Below are positions 47,301 to 58,900 of a stretch of 64,000 nt of DNA, piece by piece. A program made the translations under genes and the position numbers. Source of the DNA: Tubulanus polymorphus (Eukaryota; Animalia; Nemertea); the NCBI RefSeq assembly GCF_964204645.1, contig NC_134027.1:23026560-23090559 (forward strand), given 5' to 3'. Under the pieces are notes generated by a model. That model did no database searches. It had not been told where the DNA came from and worked only from the letters and a program-made list of their open reading frames with translations. Numbering within the stretch: the first letter of the stretch is position 1; every line of letters starts with the position of its first letter.

Positions 47301-50300
47301 AAAAAAGGTTGAATATGCTACTAAAATACAGCGTTGTACACAAGAGTAGAGTTGACCATGATTCTGGAGCATTTTTGGGTGGCTATAGCCCCTTAATTCC
47401 CCAACCAAAAATGCAAGGGAGCACTTTTATCCGATAGTTTACTTTGTTTATCCGATAGTTTATTTTGAAATTTTGAAATTTGCCATCAAACCTTTTTAAC
47501 GCAAAAGTGGAATTGGGCTCTCCTACTATGTAAAATCTAACGGCCTAAACAGTTTTTATCACAAATCCTACGTGTATAAGTCCCAAGGGAAACACCCTGA
47601 ACAACCACCGCTTTAAGGTAAGTTTGAGTGAATGGAAAGAAATTCAGGTAGGATTCACAGTTGAAGGTTTATGAAAAACAGAGAAACCTAATCTCGAATT
47701 AAGCTTTTGTATGAGAACATCCAAAAATGCATTTTTCCATCGAAGGAAAACTTTAAGGAAGGATAAAGGATATTAGGAAATGTCAAAAAATAGTCAAGGT
47801 CGAGATCAGTTGATACTAAACATAATGTGTAATCGCCATTAACTGAACCATAGAAGAGGCGCGAATATATAGGGGTCAAATTTCACATTCAATGTGTTCC
47901 CAAAAAGGTAAGCTAGAATAGGTGATAGGGGGTTGCCCGTAGCGAAATCACATATTTAATCAAAGAAATTGCCATCAGTTTGGAAAATAGGCTCTTCGAA
48001 AAGTACATAACTCTAAAAGATCAATGAAACATACGTTTGATACAATCTAAAGCGAGTTCCACTGGAAGGTTAGTGAATAGAGAGACTGCATCAAACGAGA
48101 TGAATGTATGCATTAGGGATAATGTGACGTCTTGTAATAAATCCGTATCGTGTTTGATATGAGAACCAGAGAACGAACCAAGTACGTGAAGGAGAAAGCA
48201 TTTTGGCAATAATCGATTGGAATAATCGATTAAGAAAAATAATTAGAGGGAGAGCCCTTGCCGATAGGACGTAAAGCGACATTACTTTTATGAATCTTAG
48301 GGAAGCCGTAAGCGTATGGTAAATTTCATAATTGATTTCTTATCAGTAGGATGCTTATATACATATACTGTGTATTCTTGTGAGTCATTTCAGATTGAAG
48401 AAGGGTGGTAGCAACCACTCGAAATACGTCAAATATTTTGAATAAACTTTTTTACGGAAGCGTCCTGGGGACATCATTTACGAGCAATAAAAATTTTATT
48501 TTTTGGTGAGATATATCTCAACATAAAATCATTTACGGTTAATACATAGTTTTGCCGATTTTATGTCGACTCATTATCTCGACATAAATTCAGAAATTTT
48601 CCTCTTAAATTCAAAATTCGATTTTCTGCCGAGAACCACCGCCGTCCTGGAGAAATCTTTTATGAAAAACGAAGAATTGATTTTATGTCGAGTAATCATC
48701 TCGACATTAATTCATTCACCATTAATAAAAAGTTTAGCCGAATTTATGTCGAGTTATTATCTCGAAATAAATTCAATTTTTTTATTAATCGTAAATGAAT
48801 TATGTTGAGATGTAACTCGACATAAAATCAGCAAAACAACGGCAAAACATTTTATTTAATTGTAAATGAATTTATGTCGAGATGATAACTCGACATAAAT
48901 TCAATTTTTGTTTTTCATAAAAGATTTCCCCATGACGGCGCTGGATCTCGACGGAAAATCGAATTTTGAACTAAAGAGGAAAATTGCTGAATTTATGTAA
49001 TGAGATATCATTCAATTGTTTATCATCCTTACCTACTACAGTAACTACTGTTCTACTTTCTGAAAACATGTTCATGTATTCACATGCCCATCCTCCAGCA
49101 TCAGACATATGTACATTAGTTATACGTAAACCGTAACGTCCAGCTGTTATGTCACATTGTCCAGTGTACCGAGATTCACTAATAGCGCCACGAGGACAGT
49201 TTGTCTTATCAAACGAATACTGTACAGTAGGGGTACTGAATGTCATTCTGTAACCGCAGAAATCTTTACTGGGTGGTGAAACCTGACATTGTACGTCAGT
49301 GGTGCCACCTAGTGTTACAACTGCTGGTGTTACAACTGTCGTGATTGTCGTGTCCGCTGCATCTATACAATTCTGCTGCTGTCCTAGAATTATTCAATCA
49401 CCTTTAAACATTTAAAATCGTTCATGTCATCGTGTTCCTATTAATCTAATCTTTTACAAGTAATTTGTACTACATTGGCCGGGACATACGAAAATCAACG
49501 CTATACCGCGAGGTTCGTATTAAGCCATTTCGTATTAACGAGGTTCAAATGTATATGCACCAAACGATGATCTCTAGCGAGAGTCCGAAACTTGGTGCAT
49601 TTTCATCTTGATTCTTGAAAAATTAATATTCGATTTAAAGTTTTAATTTGTGTATTTACGTAGTGCGTCTCAAACTCATTAAAGACTGAAGAACAATAGC
49701 TAAATACTAAGTAAGCGACGAACTAAGGGTAATGATACAAGTAGAAGAAAATTAACAACCATTGGTGAAACAATATCTGATTGGTTTAAACGATATTTAG
49801 AACATCTTTCACTCATATAACGGTAGATCAAGTCTGAAAAGTTTCTTTTAAGCTATGAATTTATTCGTCCAACGTTTCGACTATACCCCAATAGGCATCT
49901 TCAGGAATAACGAGTGAAAAAAAATATGACACATAATGCCATCGAGAACAAAGGAACCGTGTTTCTCATCACCGCGCACGTCCGAAGAATCAGTGACGAA
50001 TATCTGGTAAAAATAGCGCTCGAATAATTGAATAATTTCTGTTGGTTTCTTTTCAATGCGAAAAAATGGAATGCTCAATAGAATCCTTGTTCATTATTAT
50101 TTCTTTTTCGTACTTGGAATTATGTAATGTGCATTATCAGCAATGGTTATTGATGCGATGTAGATAGATCGGGGTTTAAAACTGTCATTTGCCCTGACAT
50201 TGGAGATTTCGGTAAGCACAATCCAAAAGTAAAGACTCGGTTCCCTCATGCCATCTTCAGTGCATTTTCTACCTAAATCAAAATAAGGAAGTTGACTCCC

Positions 50301-51029
50301 TCAGGCTCCTCTTCAATCCCCCTTTCATTACAAGGACTAAGTAGAAATGTATGCCCCCCGCGTCACTTTGGAGAAGCCAGTGCACAATGAGAAACACGGT
50401 ATGTATTTTGAATGGCGTTATGTGGTAGTATTTACCTGCTGTAGATCTCACGCAGAGAAGAACAATCACAAACACACACCAGACTACCGGTACATTCTGA
50501 ATATATATTAGAACAATAAATTACATGTGTTTGTCATAAATAAAGTTTTCATTTCTAAATCAATTTAATCGACGTCTTGTTCGTGGACTTAAAACGATTT
50601 AACTATTTATAACCATACGTACATATATTTGTAATCGCAAACAGCAATCTATGTAAGATCTATTGACGAATAAGCCACCATAATTGATTTACGTATCTAA
50701 ACTCGAAATTTTTTGGATCATTTCATTAATGGCCTTTGCTTTGATGTTGGAGAGCCTAAACAATTCTAAAGCCGTGCTTAAATAAAGTCAAGTCGTGTAA
50801 AAATTAATTTGAGTAACTTATGAATCTGAATATGTAGGCCTATAACCTTTTTTTATTCAACAAATCCATGTACGCAACTAACATATTTTTGGAACTAACA
50901 CAATTTTCTTGCAGTTGTGAAGTGACTGTGGTGGCTATAAGTAAGAAGCCAGTGGCCTATACGCGTGTTTACGATTTTACTGCATTATATAGGCCTACAT
51001 GTACTCACTTGGATGCGTTGAGTGTTCAT
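33336..51029 (-). CDS. Gene C: multi-exon Ig-superfamily receptor (SP, V, 8 Ig, FN3, FN3-like, TM, long Tyr-rich tail with EPIYA-like motifs)
   Basis: Exons in transcription order: 51009-51029 (MNTQRIQ), 50436-50496 (signal), 49033-49383 (V), 46169-46444 (a), 45035-45310 (b), 44190-44462 (a), 43069-43344 (b), 40831-41106 (b), 40445-40747 (c), 40049-40372 (d), 39362-39637 (e), 38709-39017 (FN3), 37855-38133 (FN3-like), 36937-37075 (TM), tail 36737-36798, 36573-36650, 36125-36151, 35732-35752, 35302-35355, 34572-34643, 34315-34386, 34025-34129, 33336-33691. All are GT-AG and phase-compatible, and I saw no internal stops. Confidence 0.88.
41142..42795. mobile_element. Helentron-associated/pearl-like non-autonomous element in a gene C intron
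   Basis: Weak sub-terminal inverted repeat (tttatgggcggccat / atgggccctgtaaa), GTCT/GTTT microsatellite-like stretch near 41178, three internal degenerate tandem units (about 42020, 42257, 42406), terminal hairpin CCCATCGGC..GCTGATGGG. Confidence 0.5.
41440..41892. mobile_element. MITE with long imperfect TIRs nested in the previous element
   Basis: gcatgtatggtggctga..tatgcaaatgaggg..cgaaaaaaagtca is mirrored by tgacttttttcg..ccctcatttgcata..tcagccaccatacgcatgc. Confidence 0.7.
42794..46500 (-). repeat. Tandem duplication of a roughly 1.96-kb two-exon cassette (Ig a + Ig b) inside gene C
   Basis: 42794-44520 and 44751-46500 are near-identical, including the intron. Confidence 0.92.
44620..44915 (-). 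mobile_element. Penelope relic 3'-end fragment with hammerhead motif between the duplicated cassettes
   Basis: Matches the GIY-YIG C-terminus/pLTR of the relic at 46575-46900 and 5720-6020; CTGAAGA-GGGTGG/CCACCC-GAAA at about 44680-44715. Confidence 0.7.
46575..48450 (-). mobile_element. Degenerate Penelope-like element in the gene C intron after the V exon
   Basis: SFSGSHIKH, FISFDAVSLFTNLP and IVESALI..SVNLNKGFIPH fragments; inverted hammerhead-bearing termini at about 46605-46650 and 48390-48430; same intron and orientation as the relic in gene A. Confidence 0.85.
48454..48970. mobile_element. Non-autonomous DNA element fragment with internal palindromic repeats
   Basis: Repeated TTATGTCGAG..CTCGACATAA palindromes; large inverted repeat 48610-48970; start TACGGAAGCGTC.TGGGGACAT is shared with about 52383. 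Confidence 0.6.
49868..49906 (-). ncRNA. Solo minimal hammerhead ribozyme remnant
   Basis: TC-CTGAAGA-TGCCTAT-tggggt-ATAGTC-GAAACGTT-GGA; short stem I and one stem II mismatch. Confidence 0.55.
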
Positions 51030-51242
51030 TTTTTTCCAAATTTCCTGATGATCAACATATCGATTATTTTGAAAGAAGAAGTTATAGCAAAGTTTTCAAG
51101 TATAAACACTCGCTTCCTTTCAACGTCGCAATCAAACACGTATGTCAAACCTAAGCCTAACGATTGCGAGGTAATAGAATCACGTAGACGAACACAAACC
51201 GGTAATCCAAATTTAGAAAACGTCTAATCAAAGAGAAACTTC

Positions 51243-51277
51243 GAAACTGAAAACGTCTGGTCGATTTTCACTTCCTG
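51243..51277. promoter_or_regulatory. Candidate IRF (ISRE-like) and ETS-IRF composite motifs upstream of gene C
   Basis: GAAACTGAAA at 51243-51252 and GGAAGTGAAA (minus strand) at 51266-51275, 215-250 bp upstream of the inferred ATG. Motif match only. Confidence 0.35.
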
Positions 51278-51429
51278 GTCGCATTATACACACTAGATTT
51301 ATATCTACACATACCAACATACAATGTAGACCTACCCGCGGCGTATGTGCCTAGTTGACAGCAGTACGAATTACTTGACGACATTCTTCTGATTTATAAT
51401 GCCTACACTCTATACATAAACAGCTATTA

Positions 51430-52380
51430 TAGTCCTATATTCTTGAATGTTATTGATTAAGTATCTTTGTTCATTGCGGTAAAAACCCACTCAGTATAGG
51501 TCTTGTATTTTCGTGTTAACAACGGCATTCAACACTGAATATCGATGATGAAAATGACTCTTGTCTGCATTATTCGCTATATTTACCTAACTTCCTGGTC
51601 GGAATAGAAATAGTACGTCTTTTTAAATATTCATTCGAAAGAAATTCTTAGCGCTGTACGTAGTGTTGATTGATATCAGCAGTTTACTTGAATATTGTAA
51701 GTTTATCGTTTTACTTTCAAGTCTTTATTTTTTTCAAATCTTACATTCGCTTTGCTGTTGTTTTCATCAACGTAATTAAATCACCAAACTCAATTGCCAA
51801 AGGTCAGAAAAATCTTTTTATCTTAATTTTTTTCAGTGTTATCACATTCCATTATAGTTGAAATTTGTGGCTAATTTAGACGCAGCCCACGGAGGTGTTC
51901 TGTGGTTCTTTGAGAAGCAATTCCATAGAGCATGCATAGATCATAAGGTAAGGATTAGAGTTACGCTAAATTCACCCAAATTCCATCCTCGCTTGCCAGG
52001 GGTCCGGTATCACTCCCGAACTCGCTTCCACCAGCCCCCTGGCCTCACGAAGCGTGATTTCATTACTGGCGCTGTTGTGCATGACGTCATATATCGATTT
52101 GCGAAATATTTCCTGGTTCAGTAAAACGTTCGCTGATTGGTCCATTTAACGGGAAAACCAATAGAAGCCTAAAGTCGTTTGTTACAAGCGCTGTGATTGG
52201 TACGACCGGATTCTGGTCGGCTAGTAACGACTCCAACGACTCGTGAGGTGAAGGGGTTTGGCGAACAGCTTTATCGTTGTGGATTCGAATCCCTTGACGG
52301 GTGAAGATGCCCAAATTCTGAAGATCTAATCAAACTCTTTATGTAGTTCCATTGGTTAACATATAACCTTGTGACTGATG
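51430..52380 (+). pseudogene. Orphan copy of the gene A upstream region and first exon
   Basis: Aligns with about 1860-2480; exon-1 equivalent ATGCATAGATCATAAG/gtaagg has an in-frame TAA; no downstream exons follow. Confidence 0.7.
51984..52309. mobile_element. 326-bp MITE with 9-bp TSD
   Basis: CCCAAATTC at 51975-51983 and 52310-52318; imperfect TIRs CATCCTCGCTTGCCAGGGG / CCCTTGACGGGTGAAGATG; absent at the paralogous site near 2420. Confidence 0.75.
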
Positions 52381-53483
52381 AGTACGGAAGCGTCTTGGGG
52401 GACATGAGAATTTTTTTCTTCTGATTTATGATTCATGAAAAAAAAGATTCAGGTATTTTTTTATGAGATATATATAACTCTTCAGAAAATCGATTTAGAA
52501 ATTAAAATAATTTTTTCCCATTTACCGACGAGATATATCTCATCAAAAATTCTAAATCTTTTTCATTGATTCATACGTAAATACATTTCGAAGCATGAAA
52601 CACTGCCGTTTTAGGGCCATCGTTTGAATTAAAAACATTCTTTCGATTTTCGAATTAAAAAACAGAAATACGTACGATTTTCTAATATGGAAAACGATTA
52701 CATTCGATTTATGAAGAACGAAATGAAGATACGTCCAATTCATGAATTAAAAAGTAGAGATACATTTAGTTTATGAATTGAAATATATAGGTACATATGA
52801 TTTTTCAATTAGAAAGAATATTGGTTTTGAATAATAAGATCTAAATTGAGCTAGAATTGCATCACACATATTTGTCTTAACCAGAGTTGAAACCCACATG
52901 ATTGCACACGTCTGAACGCATCGGGGTGGAAACGAAGACTGATTTCTTTATCTGCTTTGTTGCCGCGTCGTCGATTTCGGTGACTATTCCGTCGAGTTCA
53001 GAACTCACAGTAACTGATGAACTAACTTCCAACTTCTCGCAGTTCTAATCTAATCCTGGTAAGATTTGATATTGACCAGTGATGAACGAGGGCCCACATG
53101 TACATATTTTGGTTAAGTAGGTTCGTTTTGGTTAATAGGTATTCCATACGTTTAAATTCGAGACCTTAACTTCGCTCTATTTTAGATCTGCAACTTTCTT
53201 CGTTGCAGTTATTTTTACCAAAGTAGTTGACAATCGAAACGATTTCCATCAAACTCCCAGGAAGGAGATAATTTTTGATTTTGCTTATGACACGTAGAAA
53301 GATATTGGTTTTTCTTAAAGAAATACAGTTGGACCTCGTTTTTACGAATCTAGCAGACAACAGTGATATCTCAGTGTTAAAACAGTTCTCTTATTGAACC
53401 GAGTCGTACTAAAACTTTGAAGTCATTTTTTGGAATTGTGGAGCCTGATGTAGATTCGAATTAAACATGTCTCTTTTCATAAT

Positions 53484-53677
53484 ATACGGAGCCCCGGCGG
53501 GGGGGGGGGCATATTGAGAAATAAACATATTTTTTTCGTTCGAAAGATTTAATCTTTTCGTTCGGACAAAAGGTTTTTCGTTCGAACGAAATGATTTCGT
53601 TCGAACAAAATAATCTTTTCGTTCGAACGAACAAAAACATGTTTATTTCTCACCATGTCCCCTCCGGGGCTCCGTAT
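53484..53677. mobile_element. MITE, near-palindromic
   Basis: TIRs ATACGGAGCCCCGG..TGAGAAATAAACAT / ATGTTTATTTCTCA..CCGGGGCTCCGTAT; internal TTCGTTCGAAC repeats; absent from the paralogous position near 31210. Confidence 0.8.
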
Positions 53678-55968
53678 TAATAGATGTATATAGATGAAAA
53701 TAGAAAAAAACGCAATATTCACGACGGAATTTGAATTAATACAAACACGTACATTGCATTTATAAGAAAATTAATATTTCTATTAAAAAATAGAAAATTC
53801 TGCAAAAGCGTTTGCAATGGTGTATTAGATCATTAGATATATAACAAGCCAAACAAATCGTAATACGAACAATTGAGTATCAAAATACCAATCTAAAAAG
53901 CCCTAGTGCAAAAATATCCGCTTATTTAAATCCCAGTATAACATGAAAAAAATACCATTAGAAAAACACTATGATATCAACATCTTTTTATCACACTTGA
54001 AAATACGTGCATTGACATTCCCTTATCAGATACACGTCAAAGAAATCCATCAAAGTGTCAATGGCTATAGGCGTTTAGTAACGGTATAGTTCTACCTAAA
54101 GATAGGTGAAAACTATCAGGTTTTGTGAAAAAAGTAGTTCCTTAATTGATTCAATTGATTAAAACTTTTTTAAAACTATCAGGCGTTGTGTAACAGGTAA
54201 TTCTTAGAAATATTATGAAAACTATTGTGACTGCGTAAAGGCAAATAACTAGGGCTCCATGGGCCAAGTTAGCATTAGAAAAGAAATCTTTTTTTTCAAA
54301 GAAAGAACTATGAACCGCTTAACGCTGTACAAATCTCGTCCAGTTCACCAAATAATTTTTGCACCAGAAGGAATCATGGGTTTACGCTGGTAAAGGCTAA
54401 ACAAAAATGATACCTTGTCTCTCCAAATCGGCCGGGTCATTCTTGAAAAATATCATAAAATTTGTAAACAGTTCATTTCTTTAGCTGCCGGGTCTGTAAT
54501 GGAAAATTGATCACGATTTTAAAAAAAGTATTGTACAGGGTAGATAGGCGGCCGGGTCAAATTTAAGTTTAGCAGAGCGGAAAAAACAAGGTATCATTTT
54601 TTTAGCCTAAGACAGTGTACTAGCCTGAAATTATTGCGATCCAGTCCCAACCCACCTCATCAAAATGATGCTGGTTACATTCTAAAAATCCCGTTCAAGT
54701 TGCTCGGGCTTAAGTTAACTGGAGGACAGAATTGAATGAAATGACCAATCGAAACTTTATGAGGACGGCCACCTTTTCAAGGGAGGGTAAGCAATATCAC
54801 ACCAGCTATTTCAATAAGATTTAAAAAAAGATAAATAATATCAGACCAATATACACAGTAAATATTTGTAAAGAATATTTGCATCATTGTATAATACAGC
54901 TGCATAATTAATTGTTAAATAACAACGCTGGCCATCAATAAAATGTCGAAACTACAGTTCGATGTGGACTGTTAATATTTTGACGATGTTTGGATGGCGG
55001 AGCGATGTGATTTGGTCTATATCTCGCGTGTTGGCTGCCAAGAATACTTTGGAAACATCGTGATGTAGATGGAAAATTGGAATGTGAATTTACAGTGCAG
55101 AAAAAGAACTGACGGATATAACCGGTGGTTAGAGAAATTTTGGTGAGGTTGATGTCAAAGAAACTGTTAGAATTGATAGGTTGAATTCGGAAAGTAAAAC
55201 CAACGTATGGCAAAGAGAAAACTATCTTCTCTTAATATTACAAATAATTGATAATAAATCAGTGAGCTCACAATTAGATATTAGGCAATATTTTGTATAG
55301 GCATTATTGATAATGATATCTAGTTACTGTATTAGTCCTATTATAGAAAAATGTATAAATGTACTATGTTCTTGTATAAAATACCTTATCTGCGTTTAGT
55401 CAAGTTCAGTTCTCAGATTTCCCTCTGACATTTGTTCCCAAACCCATCGTGGAGATTTTGCTTTTTTCCAATTTCTATGTAGCAAGTGTGTTTTTTTTAC
55501 ACAGATTATGCATACAAATCGAAGGGCTTTACATCATATTTCAGCATTTTCCCTACTACATTGAAAACTGATAGAAACCAGCCATATTATGTCAAAATGT
55601 TACAAAAATAGACGCCAGATCCCATTCCGCCATGTCATCCGTTGATATCTGATTCGACGGTTCTAACGTTTCAAATGAAATACGTAATTTAACTTTGAAA
55701 CCTAATCGAGAACTGTAGAGCTGGATGCAGAAATGGCTCTGCTAGATATTGCGATTGTTCTAGGGACGGACTGCAAAAGAGATCACGAAGACTTGTGAAA
55801 ACAAAAGGACCTGATCGAGGCCCAGGAATTACACCAGACATTACGTCGACAGTCGTATGATATCAGTGATAACATGCTACATACAATCCCTAGAACCTCG
55901 CTCGACTGAACACAATGGATGAGACAATAATACAAAAATCAACAACTCTTTTGACAATAATACAAAAA

Positions 55969-58900
55969 TCAACAACTCTTTTTCTGCTGCTCTTCTTCTT
56001 CACGTTGTCTGCGTCGTTCGGCCTCTTCTGCTTCCAAACGAGCGACAAGTTCAGCTTGAACTTGCGGCTCAACGACGCGACCGAGTTCCGAGTACGTCGA
56101 AAAATCCTCGAAATCACCGATCAGTACACCAGGGGGCGCTTGATTTTTGACGTTGTTAACGACGTGTAGATAGATCGGTTCTTTTCTCAGTTCTTCTACA
56201 TCGTCTGCATTGAATGCAGGGTTGTCGACACCACAGTTAACGTACTTCACGATATCCCCATCGTCATCGTTGTAAACGTCTTGATAAGGATTCGCTTCGT
56301 CGCCAACTGTTTGATAGGGATTTTCTGAAATCATACGCGTAACAACATTTAGTGAATTCAATAAACAATCCGTCAAACGATTCAGTTTGCCAGTCTACAT
56401 CTGGGAATTGAAGGTTCCATTAAATCTATCAAACCCTCCCGCATAAAAGTGTCTGCTTTCTAAAATGCCCATGACATCTTCAAGTCTGCCCACTAATGAT
56501 TGGATATTCATTTCACGCCCTATTTTCCACAGTAAACTCTGCCTTACTTGGACTTCCTTTGTTTTTTTCCCTTTTAGAAATTGTACTTCAGAGTTAGCGT
56601 ATCGGACATCGCACAAAATTCTGATTCTCTCGTTAGAATCGGTGTAAACGTAGAACTCACCCATTTCGTAGTTTTCATTTTTCTCTGCTTTTTTCGCCTT
56701 CTTTCCTTTACGCTTTTTGTTTTTATCGACTTGTGAGTAAAGTGGTTCTGCACTATCTACCGACCCTGAAGAGAAAACACGGGATGTGAATATTTTAGAA
56801 ACAAACTTCACGTCATACTTTTTCTCGAATATCTAATTTGGGATTTCATTTTGTGTAGCCAACACATTTTTTTCTTCGAAAAAGTTTCTGAATGTGCTTT
56901 TGCTACAAATAAAATCCCTTTAGTATAGATTTCATTCTATGCATTTCACCTTTCGTTTTCTTTTTCTTGCTTTTATCCACATTGGAGTAAATTGGATCAG
57001 TACCGCTTGCACCATTTACGACTGAAAATAAGCCACAAGTTTGAAAAAAAACGGCAAAATCATTGTCATTTCATCTATTATTCCTGACAACATTCGCATT
57101 ATTTATAACAACAACGATTCAGTAGTAATACTAAACTGGGAGCCGTGATATCAATGATTGAGGAAAAATAAAATCCCTTTAGTATTGATTTCATTCTATG
57201 CTTTTACCTTTCGTTTTCTTTTTCTTGCTTTTATCCACATTGGAGTAAATTGGATCAGTACCGCTTGCACCATTTACGACTGAAAATAAGCCACAAGTTT
57301 GAAAAAACCAGCAAAAAGAATTTCATACAATTCTATTCGAGAAAATCATTGTTATGTCATCTATTATTCCTGACAACAATCGCATTATTTACAACAACAA
57401 CGATTCAGTAGTAATACTAAACTGGGAGTCATGATTTCAATGGTTGAGGAAAATCATGATTAGTTTCTTAACAAAGCTTTTTCATCGAAAGTGACTTTAT
57501 TGATTCTGTACAAATTATCACGCATTTCTACGGCAATTGACGGCACTCTTCGTGTTTTCAATGATTTCAAGGAATCGGTAAAATCATGATTAGTTTCTAA
57601 TGTAAGCCTCTAATGGAAGGTACCGTAGTCTATGCACTAATGGTGGCATGGAATTGTGCGCGACCAATTATTTCATTAAATCTTTAGTCTAATACATCGT
57701 AAATAAAAATCGTAGCGGAAAATGCTTTTTGATTTTTTTTTTCACTTTATCTAGTTGGTTTTCATAAAACGAAATTTGAAAGAGTAAAACTATTGCCATT
57801 TCCTCTATGTAACTATGTGTATCGGTAAGTTCTTCGTGAATATACGGCACATGTAATCCTGCTATTCTAAGAGCATTTCACCAAATACGTCGATCGGTTC
57901 CTTGGTATCATTCTAGATTTGACAAACACTTGTTTACCTTGATTCTGATTTCGTTTTTTCTTTTTGTCAACCTGTGCGTAAATCGGTTCTCCTGAAAATA
58001 ATAGAATTCAAAATCTATTCCGATCGCCTCTACCATTCTTCTGGTCAATGATCGAGGAAACGATAGGTTTTTATAGATTGAGCCATCAATATTGTATCAT
58101 TTGGCAATTCCCGAATATAAGTGATCACTGTACACTACCGGACATTCCCGAACATTACCGATCACTTCGATCATTACATCCAAAAATACGAACTTGAATT
58201 CGCTACACTTTAAATCAAGCTTCGGACTTAGATATTGAGATAATGAATACGTTAATTGATTCGCGGCTCGGAAATACTCGGTGGTTTTACGGAGATATCC
58301 GGCAATATCGATCGGTCCAAAAAATCTATAAAGATAGGGCATTGTAACATAAAGATAAAACTCTTACCAGTTTTCTTGACTCCATCTTCTGAAACTGCGA
58401 ATATAGAAATGGATTTATTTAAGTACTTATAATGTATTAGTTCTAATTCAGTTATGACAATATTTGTGATACAGTAATACTACGTAAAATCCTACAATTG
58501 TAAATTGGCTAGAAAAGTTCATTCTAAAATTACTCGTGATAATCTGGGGGATTACTGCCACCCTCCTACGAACACTCTTTACTTTAAAGGGAGACGGATG
58601 AAGGAGACTTTTAAGATAGAAGCAGAGTGTTAGCAGCCACCCGCAATTTTTTCGATGATTCTTTTAACAAACCTTCCACTCAATTCAGTAGATCAGAAAA
58701 TATCTTTATTTCAATAATGACGAAGTCTCAATGAAATGAGGAAATGAACCGATTGCTTACCAAGATCGTCAATGTTCGAATACGGATCTGAAAATGTGAA
58801 ATACGTTTAAGCAACTCATAGACGGCATTGTGATTGAAGAATATTTTATAAAAGTCCGATCTTTAACTTAAAAACTCTGTGCTGAAGATAGAAAATATTT

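Noticed and set aside
48540-48900. Regularly recurring palindromic repeats, superficially CRISPR-like (also 53535-53630)
   Set aside because: The repeats are degenerate, the spacers are related or mirrored, they lie inside inverted-repeat elements, there are no cas genes and the context is eukaryotic.
55923-55982. 30-bp tandem duplication across the gene D stop codon (also a 33-bp duplication near 32728-32793)
   Set aside because: Ordinary slippage duplications that do not change the protein.
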